In this document: positions 9,403 through 19,158 of the stretch, one piece after another
How the letters are laid out: the number at the start of each line of letters is the position of its first letter
How positions within the stretch are numbered: position 1 is the first letter of the stretch
NCBI GenBank assembly: GCA_965231125.1
Contig: OZ246414.1
Location: 448,137 to 512,136, forward strand
DNA: 64,000 bases
DNA from: an uncultured Gammaproteobacteria bacterium
Lineage (GTDB): Bacteria > Patescibacteriota > Microgenomatia > Woykebacterales > RBG-16-39-9b
Direction of reading: 5' to 3'
Position numbers and translations under genes: made by a program
The notes under the pieces: model-generated
What the model was told of the DNA's origin: nothing
What the model saw: only the letters and a program-made list of their open reading frames with translations
Databases searched by the model: none

Positions 9403-10718
9403 GGGTACATTTTACGGGAATTGGTGGCGCCGGTACGTCGGCGGCAGCCGCCTTAGCAAAGCAAGGCGGTTTCGAGGTTTCAGGCTGCGATACTGATAAA
9501 GATTCAGGCTATATAGCCGAGCTAAAAAAAATTGGGGTTAAAGTAGAATTTGAGCACAGCCCTAGTCACATAAGAAATTTAGATTTTTTGGTAGTATCGA
9601 ACGCTATCGAAAAAGTAGATTCGCAAAACTCTGAAACTGCCGAGGCGAAAAAGACAGGGTTGAGGGTTCTTACCACCGAGGAATTTCTAGCGGAGTTTTT
9701 GGTAAAAGACAAGTTTCTTATTGCCGTCGCCGGTACCCACGGGAAATCCACCACAACCGCTATGATTGGTCAGATTTTGGAAGATGCGGGTCTAGACCCT
9801 ACAGTTTATGTCGGCACGTTGGTAAATAAATGGGGAAGAAACTATCGGGCCGGAAAAAGCAAATATTTTGTTATCGAGGCAGATGAGTACGAGGATAAAT
9901 TTTTAAATTATCATCCAAACATCGGGGTTATCACAAATATTGATTACGATCACCCAGATTACTTTCAAAGTGAGGTGCAGGTCGTGGAAAGCTTTGCAAA
10001 GTTTGTTGGAGGTTTTAAGGAAGGAGCAAAACTTATTTTAGGGACAGAACCGAAAAAAAGTAAAAACATTTCAGAGTTACTTGCTAGGGTTAAAAACATC
10101 ACAAGTACCTCGATACCATCTTTGTCTCCAAGTTTAACTCTGCAAATACCGGGAGAACATAATATTTTAAATGCCCAAGCCGCCTACCTTTGTGCTAAGA
10201 CAATTGGAATCAAAGACGATCAAATTAAGGAATCCTTGAGTAAGTTTTCTGGCACGTCTAGACGTTTTGAATTCAAAGGAGAAGCGAGCGGTGTAAAAGT
10301 TTTCGATGATTACGCGCACCACCCGTCAGAAATTTCGGCAACACTATCTGCCGTCCGGGAAAAATTTCCAAAGGAACGCCTTTGGGTGGCTTTCCAACCA
10401 CATACTTTTTCAAGGACAGAGGCCCTTTTTCCAGACTTTGTAAAAAGTTTTGAGGAGAGTTCGGTAGACAAATTGATATTAGTAGATATTTATGCTTCAA
10501 GGGAAAAAGACGAAGGACAAGTCACATCCTTTGATTTAGCTAACGCTATAAAAGGGAAAAAAGCGGCGTATGTTGGTGGTCTTGAAGAAGCGGCTACTTA
10601 CTTGGCAAAAAATGTGGCCGGCGGAGATGTCGTTATCGCCATGGGAGCGGGTGATATCTATAAACTTTCGCAAAGATTAATTAGAAAATTAGAAGGGCAA
10701 AATGGAAGAATTAATTAA
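9399..10718 (+). CDS. murC: UDP-N-acetylmuramate--L-alanine ligase
   Basis: MRVHFTGIGGAGTSAAA matches the MurC N-terminal signature (HFIGIGG.GMS); Mur ligase middle and C domains. Confidence 0.8.
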   Translation: MRVHFTGIGGAGTSAAAALAKQGGFEVSGCDTDKDSGYIAELKKIGVKVEFEHSPSHIRNLDFLVVSNAIEKVDSQNSETAEAKKTGLRVLTTEEFLAEFLVKDKFLIAVAGTHGKSTTTAMIGQILEDAGLDPTVYVGTLVNKWGRNYRAGKSKYFVIEADEYEDKFLNYHPNIGVITNIDYDHPDYFQSEVQVVESFAKFVGGFKEGAKLILGTEPKKSKNISELLARVKNITSTSIPSLSPSLTLQIPGEHNILNAQAAYLCAKTIGIKDDQIKESLSKFSGTSRRFEFKGEASGVKVFDDYAHHPSEISATLSAVREKFPKERLWVAFQPHTFSRTEALFPDFVKSFEESSVDKLILVDIYASREKDEGQVTSFDLANAIKGKKAAYVGGLEEAATYLAKNVAGGDVVIAMGAGDIYKLSQRLIRKLEGQNGRIN

Positions 10719-11595
10719 AAAACTAGGTTTTAATAGAGTAAAAATAGGGGAGCCAATGAGCCTTCATACTCAAATGAAAGTTGGCGGAGCAGCCGACTAT
10801 TATTACGAGGCGGAAAGTGAGAAGGGAATGACGGAGGCGGTGAAAGCCGCCATTGAATCAGAAACTCCTTACACAGTGGTTGGTAACGGAGCAAATGTTT
10901 TAGTTTCGGACAAGGGAATTCGAGGGTTGGTAATAGGCAACCGCGCGAATAAAATAAAGTTTTTGCCCCACGGTTTTGTTGAGGCAGAGGCAGGTGTGGA
11001 TAACAATATTTTGATAAGGCAGACCGCTAATAGAGGTTTGACGGGCATGGAAAGATTAATGAAAGTGCCCGGCACCGTGGGTGGGGCAATTTATATGAAC
11101 GCTGGAGACACCGGCAAGAAAATGTTTTTTGGCGATTTAGTTGAATCCATCAAAGTAATCGATAGGGAAGGGAAAATTAAGACTTTGCATAAAGACGAGG
11201 CAAATTTTGGTTACCGTTCTTCGCGTTTCCAAACCTCGGGCGAAGTAATTTTAAGTGCAAAAATTCACTTAGAACAAGCCCCCCAACAAGAAATTGAAGC
11301 AAAAGTAAAAGACATTTTAGTAAGAAAAATTAATCATCCAGCTGGGGCCACAGTTGGGTCTACGTTTAAAAACCCTGAAAATTATCATTCCGGCGAGTTG
11401 ATAGAAAAGGCAGGATTGAAAGGTACAAAGATTGGTGGAGCCAAGATATCCGAAAAGCACGGCAACTTCATTATCAACGAGGGAGATGCTAAAGCTAGCG
11501 ATGTAAAAACGTTAATTGATTTAATGAAGAAAACTGTAAAAGAGAAATTTAATGTTGATTTGGAAGAAGAAGTCCGTTATCTTGGTGAATGGTAG
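10702..11595 (+). CDS. murB: UDP-N-acetylenolpyruvoylglucosamine reductase
   Basis: FAD-binding PCMH domain start (LHTQMKVGGAADYYYEA), 297 aa. Confidence 0.8.
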   Translation: MEELIKKLGFNRVKIGEPMSLHTQMKVGGAADYYYEAESEKGMTEAVKAAIESETPYTVVGNGANVLVSDKGIRGLVIGNRANKIKFLPHGFVEAEAGVDNNILIRQTANRGLTGMERLMKVPGTVGGAIYMNAGDTGKKMFFGDLVESIKVIDREGKIKTLHKDEANFGYRSSRFQTSGEVILSAKIHLEQAPQQEIEAKVKDILVRKINHPAGATVGSTFKNPENYHSGELIEKAGLKGTKIGGAKISEKHGNFIINEGDAKASDVKTLIDLMKKTVKEKFNVDLEEEVRYLGEW

Positions 11596-11605
11596 TCTTC
11601 TAAAA

Positions 11606-11629
11606 GTACAGTATACCAGTATACTGTAC
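11606..11629. promoter_or_regulatory. perfect 24-bp palindrome GTACAGTATAC-CA-GTATACTGTAC
   Basis: 11-bp arms with a 2-bp centre; a second copy at 21449-21472 has a compensatory G>A change in both arms; flanks (CTAAAA... / ...CGTAT.GT) also conserved. Confidence 0.45.
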
Positions 11630-11670
11630 CGTATGTTGAATGTTGACTTTGATGCAACGTTTGTGGCAAA

Positions 11671-12372
11671 ATGAAGTTGATGGATCCAACTGCTCAAGAC
11701 CGACCAGTTCAGGTTATTTCCACCCAAGGACAAACTCCTAAACAGAGCTCTTTTTCTCTTGGAAAAGTTTTATTAGCTTTAGTAATAATTATCATTGTCA
11801 GTGCGGCTATTGCCGCAGCCTATTGGTATTTTGTAATTGGTAGAACTAGCTCAAACAATTTGCCTAACGAGTCTACAAACACAGCTTCCCCAAGCGCCAC
11901 CCAAGCTACAAAATCCGCCACCACCTCCGCCAAAAAAGTCGATACATCTGATTGGAAAACTTACACTAGCAAACTTGGGGTTTTTGAAATAAAATACCCA
12001 AAAACATTTGTTATCAAAGCGTATAGTCAAATAAAGGGCAGTAAGGACTCTATTGCATCAGGGGTTATCTACCCATTTGAAACTTTCTATTTAACTATCC
12101 CAGGTGATTCTGAAAGTCATGTTAGGATTTATGTAAATGGGTACTGGGATTCTAGTTGCTCAGAGTTTTGTACCACTAAGCAAATAGATTTTGCTGGGCG
12201 GAAAGCGCAGTTGACGATTGATAAAAGTTCAGGGGAAAGTAAATTTTATAGTATTAGATATAAAAATAAGGTGAAAAATGAGGTGGTAGTAGCTATAAGT
12301 GAATTTTCAAGCAAAAAGAGTACAATAAAACTCTTTGATCAAATCCTCTCAACATTCAAATTCCTCGATTGA
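11671..12372 (+). CDS. membrane-anchored secreted protein, paralog family member A (conserved C-terminal ...ILSTFKFLD)
   Basis: N-terminal T/P/Q-rich segment, one TM helix, Ser/Thr/Ala-rich linker, TSDWKTY...KYP motif, variable core, conserved C-terminus; shares nucleotide tracts with 29189..29986. Confidence 0.5.
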   Translation: MKLMDPTAQDRPVQVISTQGQTPKQSSFSLGKVLLALVIIIIVSAAIAAAYWYFVIGRTSSNNLPNESTNTASPSATQATKSATTSAKKVDTSDWKTYTSKLGVFEIKYPKTFVIKAYSQIKGSKDSIASGVIYPFETFYLTIPGDSESHVRIYVNGYWDSSCSEFCTTKQIDFAGRKAQLTIDKSSGESKFYSIRYKNKVKNEVVVAISEFSSKKSTIKLFDQILSTFKFLD

Positions 12373-12423
12373 CAACAGCGGCTTTAATTTGCAATCAACC
12401 CCAGACTAACTTAAAATTGTCTC

Positions 12424-13740
12424 ATGGCTAAGTATATCATTGAGGGTGGGACGGCTTTGCGGGGCAAGGTGAAAATTCCTGGTGCGAAGAATGTTGGGTT
12501 TAAGCTGATGATTGCCTCTCTTCTTTCCGATCGCTTATCTACTATTACAAACGTTCCTTACATCCGTGATGTTATCGCGGTCAGTAAGATAATTGAAGTA
12601 TTGGGTGCTAAAGTGGAAATCTCTGACGACACTGTCCAGATAAGTGGCGGAATCAGCAATTGGGAAGTGCCGGAGGAGCTTGGTTTAAAATCTCGGGCGT
12701 CTTTCATGTACTTACCAATTCTCCTTCACCGGTTTAAAAAAGGAAAAGTTCCGACTCCGGTGGGGGATAAAATTGGGAAGAGGCCAATAAACTGGTTTTT
12801 GGAAGGCTTAAAGAAAATGGGGGCGCAGGTGGAATTACAAAATAATTTTGTTGAAGTTTCTGCACCTTCTGGATTAGTTAGCACAGTCTACAAATTTCCC
12901 AAAAACTCTCACACGGGTACAGAAGCTTTAATTTTAGCGGCAGTTTTGGCAAAGGGGAAAACGCGGCTTGAAAATGCCGCCGAGGAGCCAGAAATCGACG
13001 ATCTTATCTCATTTTTGAATAAAATGGGAGCCAAAGTAATACGCGAAAAAGACCGCGTAGTGGAAATTGAAGGCGTTGGCTTGCTAAAAGGGACAACTCA
13101 CGAGGTCTTGCCAGACAGAAATGAAGCGGTTACTTTTGGCTGTATGGCGCTGGGGACACAGGGAGATATTGAGATTGAAAATGCGAAAGCCGCCGACCTG
13201 ACCCTTTTCATTTCTAAAGTAAATTCCGCCGGTGGTGGGTTAGAAAAACTTTCCAAAGGATTACGAATTTTTTATAAAAGCCCTCTTTCACCAACATTTG
13301 TCCAGACTGGCCCCCACCTTGGTTTTATGAGCGATTGGCAAAGTGTGTGGTGCGCTCTTATGACACAAGCAGACGGAATTTCGGTGATTTACGAAACGGT
13401 ATTTGAAAACCGTTTTGCCTATGTCGATTATCTCAAAAAAATGGGCGCAAAAATCGAACTTTTTTCGCCGCCAGTTTCCGAGCCGGAAAAATTTTATAGT
13501 TTCGAGTGGAGCAAGGAGACAGAGAAACTACCCCACGCAGCCAAAATCTTCGGCCCAACAAAACTTATCGGCAGAAGCCTGGAAGTTACAGATATTCGAG
13601 CGGGTGCAACTTTGGTTTTCGCCGCGCTAATGGCAAAAGGTAAAAGTGAAATTACTGGAGTAGAGCACATTGAGCGTGGTTATGAGGATTTGGAGGGAAG
13701 GCTTGAACGACTTGGTGCGAAAATACGAAAGATTGATTAG
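12424..13740 (+). CDS. murA: UDP-N-acetylglucosamine 1-carboxyvinyltransferase
   Basis: MAKYIIEGGTALRGKVKIPGAKN is the classic MurA N-terminus; EPSP-synthase fold; 438 aa. Confidence 0.85.
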   Translation: MAKYIIEGGTALRGKVKIPGAKNVGFKLMIASLLSDRLSTITNVPYIRDVIAVSKIIEVLGAKVEISDDTVQISGGISNWEVPEELGLKSRASFMYLPILLHRFKKGKVPTPVGDKIGKRPINWFLEGLKKMGAQVELQNNFVEVSAPSGLVSTVYKFPKNSHTGTEALILAAVLAKGKTRLENAAEEPEIDDLISFLNKMGAKVIREKDRVVEIEGVGLLKGTTHEVLPDRNEAVTFGCMALGTQGDIEIENAKAADLTLFISKVNSAGGGLEKLSKGLRIFYKSPLSPTFVQTGPHLGFMSDWQSVWCALMTQADGISVIYETVFENRFAYVDYLKKMGAKIELFSPPVSEPEKFYSFEWSKETEKLPHAAKIFGPTKLIGRSLEVTDIRAGATLVFAALMAKGKSEITGVEHIERGYEDLEGRLERLGAKIRKID

Positions 13741-13751
13741 CCTCTAATTTT

Positions 13752-14705
13752 ATGAACTCTCTTTTTGAAAAGTTGATAAATTCCCAAAGAGTTTCACAGG
13801 CGGAAAAATTTGCTTTTCTGGGAAAAAGAACGTATCTATTAACCATTAACGTGGAAGTAAGAGTTAAGAGCAAATGCCCGACTCTAGAAATTTGGTTTCC
13901 CCTCCCTCTAAAAACAGATTACCAGAGCCTATTAAAAATTGAATTTTCAAAACCAGTACCAGAAATTCTTGAGGAGGAAGTTTTTGGTAACGAAGTCGCC
14001 CGGTGGAGGATTGAAAACCCCTCTGTTGGAAGATATTTTAATTTTAATGAAACTTGCGAAGTAGTAGTCCATCCCCGAAAGACGCCCCGAATCGAGGGAG
14101 ATCTAGCAGGTTACGATAAAGGCGATCCGCAATACAAATTGTATACAAAGGACGACCCCTTTTTTAATTTTTCAGATCCAAGAATTGAGGCTCTTGCCAA
14201 GAAACTTGTCGGAGGGCAGGCTACGGTTCGGACTGTAGCAAAAAAATTTTATGACTATGTTCTTGATAAGCTAAATTATGGAAACCCAATTGAGGGACTC
14301 TATTCCTCAATTGATGCCTTAGAAAAAGATGTGGTCGACTGCGGGGGGTTTGATTGTCTGTTAGGCGCTTTGCTTCGATCTGTGGGCATACCGGCCAGGT
14401 TAGTTTCGGGAATTTTAGCTGGCTATCCAGGGGAGCACATGCACGCGTGGTTAGAGTTTATGACGCCGGAGGGTCTTTGGGTACCCACCGACCCTTCAAA
14501 TGAAAAGTTGAGACTGGAAAAGAGAGACTTTAAACCAGGCGGTTTTGGAAAAGTTGGGAACGATAGAATCGCTTTCTCAATTGGCACAAATATTAAAATT
14601 TCAGAAAAAAACTTTCCCCTTATTCAACTGCCGGCGGTTGAAGGGGCCTCGACTGGCCGCCTTTCCGTTAGTAGGAAAATAGAGACTAAAATTTTAAGAG
14701 AATGA
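13752..14705 (+). CDS. transglutaminase-like cysteine protease superfamily protein
   Basis: DCGGFDCLLGALLRSVGIPARLVSG ... HAWLEF ... WVPTDPS gives a Cys-His-Asp arrangement typical of the transglutaminase-like core. Confidence 0.55.
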   Translation: MNSLFEKLINSQRVSQAEKFAFLGKRTYLLTINVEVRVKSKCPTLEIWFPLPLKTDYQSLLKIEFSKPVPEILEEEVFGNEVARWRIENPSVGRYFNFNETCEVVVHPRKTPRIEGDLAGYDKGDPQYKLYTKDDPFFNFSDPRIEALAKKLVGGQATVRTVAKKFYDYVLDKLNYGNPIEGLYSSIDALEKDVVDCGGFDCLLGALLRSVGIPARLVSGILAGYPGEHMHAWLEFMTPEGLWVPTDPSNEKLRLEKRDFKPGGFGKVGNDRIAFSIGTNIKISEKNFPLIQLPAVEGASTGRLSVSRKIETKILRE

Positions 14706-15712
14706 AAGTTGAAGAAATTAAAGACGAAAAAATTTGGGAGGATTTTGTTAGGAACTGGCAGCCGAATAATTTTTTAACATCTTGGCAATGGGGCCAGTTT
14801 AACGAAGTAATGGGGGAGAAGATTTTCCGCCTTGCCCTTTTTAAGCACAAAAGTCTAATTGGAGTTTGTTTGGCGATAAAAATGCAAGCCCGTCGGGGTA
14901 CATTTATTCTTTGCCCAGCAGGCCCTTTGCTGGCAGATTATAATAAAAAAAATCTAGAATTTTTTGTCGGCGAGTTGAAGAAATTGGCAAAAGAAGAAAA
15001 AGCAAAATTTATTCGAATCCGGCCTTTGGTACCCGCCGGGGAAGTTAAAACAATAATCGAGGGTTTAGGTGCAAAACCTTCCCCAACCCACGTCCATGCC
15101 CAAGTTAGTTGGCTTTTGGATATTAGCAAAGCAGAGGAAGAGTTGCTTGCCGGGATGAGAAAAACAACTAGGTACTTGGTAAAACAAGCAGTAAAATTAG
15201 GTGTTGAAATTGAAGAGGAGAGCGATATAAATGGTGTGAAAATATTAGAAAAACTTCAGGTGGAGACGTCGAGAAGACATAGCTTTGTACCGTTTTCTAA
15301 TGAGTATCTGGAGAAGGAGTTTGAAGTTTTTGCCAAAGAAAAAGAAGTTAAAATACTTCTAGCTAAGAAAGGCGACCAAGTTCTTTCGGCAGCGATGATT
15401 ATTTTCTACGGAGACTGTGCTTTTTACCATCACGGCGCCTCTACCCAATCTAAAATTCCGGCATCTTACTTACTACAATGGGAAGCTATAAAAGCAGCAA
15501 AAAGAGCCGGCAAAAAATACTATAACTTTTGGGGGATAGCCCCGACCCCTTCTCCGAACCATCCATGGGCCGGGCTTACTTTGTTTAAAAAAGGCTTCGG
15601 TGGTTTTAGACTTGAATACACAAAGCCTTACGATTTGCCGGTAAGTAATTTGTATCCGGTGATATATTGGTTTGAAAAGTTAAGGTCGGCCCGACGTGGG
15701 TTAAATGTGTAG
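14702..15712 (+). CDS. FemAB-family peptidoglycan interpeptide-bridge aminoacyltransferase-like protein
   Basis: C-terminal YHHGAST...YLLQWEAIKAAKRAGKKYYNFWGI matches the FemAB/FemX signature region; 336 aa. Confidence 0.6.
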   Translation: MKVEEIKDEKIWEDFVRNWQPNNFLTSWQWGQFNEVMGEKIFRLALFKHKSLIGVCLAIKMQARRGTFILCPAGPLLADYNKKNLEFFVGELKKLAKEEKAKFIRIRPLVPAGEVKTIIEGLGAKPSPTHVHAQVSWLLDISKAEEELLAGMRKTTRYLVKQAVKLGVEIEEESDINGVKILEKLQVETSRRHSFVPFSNEYLEKEFEVFAKEKEVKILLAKKGDQVLSAAMIIFYGDCAFYHHGASTQSKIPASYLLQWEAIKAAKRAGKKYYNFWGIAPTPSPNHPWAGLTLFKKGFGGFRLEYTKPYDLPVSNLYPVIYWFEKLRSARRGLNV

Positions 15713-16520
15713 TTTTATGAATACCAAAGAAAAACCAATTGGAATTTTTGATTCTGGAATAGGCGGCCTTACAGTTTTGAGAGAAATACTGGAAGTTTTG
15801 CCAAATGAAAGTTTAATCTATCTTGGCGATACGGCTCGTGTACCCTATGGTACTAGAGGTAAAGAAGTGATCGAAAGATTTGCTTTGGAACTAACAGGGT
15901 TCCTTGTAAAAAAGGATGTTAAATTTCTGGTCGTCGCTTGTAATACTATTTCCGCTACTTGCCTGGTTGAAGTGGAAAAAAACTCGCCCGTGCAAGTGTT
16001 GGGAGTTATCAATCCAGCGGTGAAGGAAGCTGTAAAAGTTAGCCGAGAAGGCCGCATTGGTGTTATTGGCACTAGAGCAACCGTCGGCAGCGGCGTTTAT
16101 GAGAAAGAGATTAAAAAGTTAAATCCGCAAGCTAAGGTGGTTTCGCAGGCTTGCCCGCTGTTTGTCCCTTTAGCCGAAGAGGGTTTGGTGGGTAGTGAAG
16201 CCACAAAAATAATTGCTCAGGATTATTTGTCTAGCCTTTCGCCCGCCGAGATAGACACTCTTATCCTGGGTTGCACTCATTACCCCGCTCTTCGCGATAC
16301 CATCCAGGGAGTTGTCGGTTCAAGTGTAAAATTAATTGACAGTGCAAAGCCAACGGCACTGGAGCTAAAAAACACACTTGCGCAAAACGATCTGCTTAAC
16401 GACGGAGCAAACGTAAAATCCGAATTTTATGTAACCGACGCACCCGAGCGAGTCTCCCAAGTAGCCGTCGATTTTCTGGGGCAGGTGCTGCCAGGGTCTT
16501 TAAAGAAGATAGATCTATAA
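15705..16520 (+). CDS. murI: glutamate racemase
   Basis: IGIFDSGIGGLTVLREI and VVACNT / GCTHYP motifs. Confidence 0.8.
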   Translation: MCSFMNTKEKPIGIFDSGIGGLTVLREILEVLPNESLIYLGDTARVPYGTRGKEVIERFALELTGFLVKKDVKFLVVACNTISATCLVEVEKNSPVQVLGVINPAVKEAVKVSREGRIGVIGTRATVGSGVYEKEIKKLNPQAKVVSQACPLFVPLAEEGLVGSEATKIIAQDYLSSLSPAEIDTLILGCTHYPALRDTIQGVVGSSVKLIDSAKPTALELKNTLAQNDLLNDGANVKSEFYVTDAPERVSQVAVDFLGQVLPGSLKKIDL

Positions 16521-16555
16521 AAACTTCGTTGACCGCTTAGCATATAATAACTACC

Positions 16556-17755
16556 ATGGAAATAAAGCGATTTTTTGCACCTTACTTTCATTTCACTCGT
16601 CGAATCTTAGCCAAGCTTTGGCTTCTCTCTCACCGCAAAGTTACCGTTATTGGTATAACTGGTAGTTACGGAAAAACTAACACCACCGTCGCAATTGCTC
16701 AAGTTTTGGCGCATAAATTTAAAGTTTTGCAGACAGATTTAAACTTGGACACCTTGCATAACATTCCAATTACAATTTTGCATTTGGATAACCAAGAAAA
16801 GTTGGTTTTAGAATACGGTGTGGATCATCCAGGGGAAATGAACACGCATCTTTTTACGGCCCGACCAAAGGTTGCGGTTGTTACCGGAATTTCTCCCGTT
16901 CACGCTGATAAAGTCCATTTTGGGACTCTAGATAAAATAATTGTTGAGAAAACGAAATTAGTATCAGCCCTACCGAAAAATGGGTTTGCCGTTCTTAATT
17001 GGGATGATCCAAACGTGCGACGAATGAGTCAAGTAACTTCTGCCCAAGTTATTTTTTACGGAACAGACGCAAAAGCCTGCAATATCTGGGTTGGTAAAGC
17101 TAAGGTGGATTTTGGTGGGACGGAGTTTACTTTACATGTGCAGGGAGAAGAAACAAAAATAAAAACAAAGCTAATCGGCTCTCATCATATATACACAATC
17201 ATGGCCGCTGCGGCGGTGGCTTTTACTCAAAAAATGACCCTTAAGGAAATTTCTCGAGCGGTGCAAGCGCTAACACCGCTTGAAGGCCGGTTAAATGTTG
17301 AACCAGGTCCTAAAAATACAGTGATATTAAACGACTCACGGCGAGCCAATCCAGCTTCAACTATCGCCGGTTTGCAAACATTGGATGAACTTTCCGCAAA
17401 AAGAAAAATAGCGGTTATTGGGGAGATGGGAGAGCTTGGACAATATAATGAAGAAGGTCATAGAGAAGTTGGCCGCTTTGTTAAAAAAATAAAGCTTGAT
17501 TATCTTGTTTGTATTGGGGAGTCCACAAAATTTACCGCTGAAGAAGCCAAGAAACACATGAAAAAGAAAAATGTGATTTGGACAAAAGATGTTTTTGAGG
17601 CCGCCGGCGTCCTTAACAGTCTTTTGCAAAAGGGAGACCTTTGGTACTTAAAAGGCTCACTTCTTAAACATGTTGAAAGGATAATTCTACTTTTGGAAGG
17701 CAAAGACGTGGATCCGGACGAAATTGCCTTTAAACGGTACGAAGTTTATCGATAA
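16556..17755 (+). CDS. murF: Mur ligase, probably UDP-MurNAc-pentapeptide synthetase MurF (short form)
   Basis: VIGITGSYGKTNTT P-loop, Mur ligase C domain; position before mraY. Confidence 0.6.
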   Translation: MEIKRFFAPYFHFTRRILAKLWLLSHRKVTVIGITGSYGKTNTTVAIAQVLAHKFKVLQTDLNLDTLHNIPITILHLDNQEKLVLEYGVDHPGEMNTHLFTARPKVAVVTGISPVHADKVHFGTLDKIIVEKTKLVSALPKNGFAVLNWDDPNVRRMSQVTSAQVIFYGTDAKACNIWVGKAKVDFGGTEFTLHVQGEETKIKTKLIGSHHIYTIMAAAAVAFTQKMTLKEISRAVQALTPLEGRLNVEPGPKNTVILNDSRRANPASTIAGLQTLDELSAKRKIAVIGEMGELGQYNEEGHREVGRFVKKIKLDYLVCIGESTKFTAEEAKKHMKKKNVIWTKDVFEAAGVLNSLLQKGDLWYLKGSLLKHVERIILLLEGKDVDPDEIAFKRYEVYR

Positions 17756-18011
17756 ACATCTTGCCACCTTTTCAAAAAGGTGGCGCCAAAACTCCCGCTG
17801 GACTGCGCTGGCTGTAAAACCTAAGCAAAAATGCTTCGGGACATCCTCTGGAATTCTCTCGGCTTCGCCTCGGTCAGTTCCAGTTTCCTCTTTGCATTTT
17901 TGCTAGTTTTAAGACGCCGTGCTCGTACAGCGGTCAAGAACTCTTAACTCTAGATTCTAAATTCTTTGATTGTTTGCTTGCAAGCTTTGCAGGTGATAAA
18001 ATCCACTTTAT

Positions 18012-19052
18012 ATGGCAAATCTTTTACTTGTATTACTTCTATCGTTTGCGGTAACTTTTGTTACGGCGATTCCGTTTATCAACCTACTTTATAAACTCAA
18101 GTTTCAGAGACAGAGGGAAATGCAGCGGGATATTTTTGGTATGGTTACTTCGGTTGTAAACCGGCTTCATAGTTGGAAAGTCGGCACGCCAAACGCCGGG
18201 GGAATTTTGATTATTTTGGTCAGCATTATTCTTTCCGCAATCTTCTACAAGGTGGTTCCTGGTTATAACATCGTTACTAAAATCTCTGGATTAAATTGGG
18301 TGGCAGCTGTCTTGTACATAACTTTGATTTTGTACGGGCTGCTGGGACTTTATGACGATGCCCGGAAATTTTATGGTTTTGCTTTGGAAAGCGTTTGGGG
18401 TTTGCGGTTGCGTTATAAATTTCTACTTCAGGCCGCAGCCGCCTTACTAATTGGTTCCATTCTTTACAACAAACTTGGTTTTTCGTCAGTTAATATTCCG
18501 GTAATTAACGCTACCTTAAGCTTGGGGGTAGGTTATATTTTGTATTCGGCTTTTGTGATATTAGCAACAACAAATGCAGTTAACATAACCGACGGTCTTG
18601 ACGGTTTGGCAACTGGTCTTACAGTAATTGCTTTAATCGCGTTTTGGGTGTTAGCCGCTTTTAAAGGGGAAGTCGACACTGTGCTGTTTATTGCCGTGAT
18701 AATCGGATCGCTTTTGGCCTTTCTTTATTTCAACATTTTCCCCGCAAGAGTTTGGCTTGGAGATACCGGTGCCCTTTCCCTTGGGGCGATGGTGGCGGTG
18801 ATCGCCCTTTTGCTTAATGCATCGCTGATATTGCCGTTCGTTGGATTTGTCTTTGTGGTTGAGGCGGCATCGTCTTTAATCCAGTGGTTCTCTAAAGCAA
18901 CCCGAGACGGCAAGAAAATATTCTTGGCCGCCCCAATTCACCATCATTTCGAGGCTAAAGGCTGGGATGAGACAAAGGTAACAATGCGGTTTTGGCTCCT
19001 TGGGGTCCTCTCTGCTTTTGTCGGTTTGTATTTGGCCTTTGTTAAGTTATGA
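18012..19052 (+). CDS. mraY: phospho-N-acetylmuramoyl-pentapeptide transferase
   Basis: NAVNITDGLDGLATG motif, 10-TM topology, 346 aa. Confidence 0.85.
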   Translation: MANLLLVLLLSFAVTFVTAIPFINLLYKLKFQRQREMQRDIFGMVTSVVNRLHSWKVGTPNAGGILIILVSIILSAIFYKVVPGYNIVTKISGLNWVAAVLYITLILYGLLGLYDDARKFYGFALESVWGLRLRYKFLLQAAAALLIGSILYNKLGFSSVNIPVINATLSLGVGYILYSAFVILATTNAVNITDGLDGLATGLTVIALIAFWVLAAFKGEVDTVLFIAVIIGSLLAFLYFNIFPARVWLGDTGALSLGAMVAVIALLLNASLILPFVGFVFVVEAASSLIQWFSKATRDGKKIFLAAPIHHHFEAKGWDETKVTMRFWLLGVLSAFVGLYLAFVKL

Positions 19053-19093
19053 TCGAGAAGGGTAGGCAGTTTTACACCTTTGAAATCTTTAGC

Positions 19094-19158
19094 TGTCATT
19101 CTCGATTTAATCGAGAATCCATATATTTGGGAGTTATCCTCGCTTTCGCGAGAATGAC
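19094..19158. repeat. nested inverted-repeat element (TGTCATTCTCG ... CGAGAATGACg) enclosing two internal hairpins
   Basis: hairpin ATTCTCGAT-TTA-ATCGAGAAT at 19098-19118; hairpin CTCGC-TTTC-GCGAG at 19139-19152; 10-bp outer repeat 19095-19104 / 19149-19158; sits in a 216-nt spacer between mraY and murD. Confidence 0.35.
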
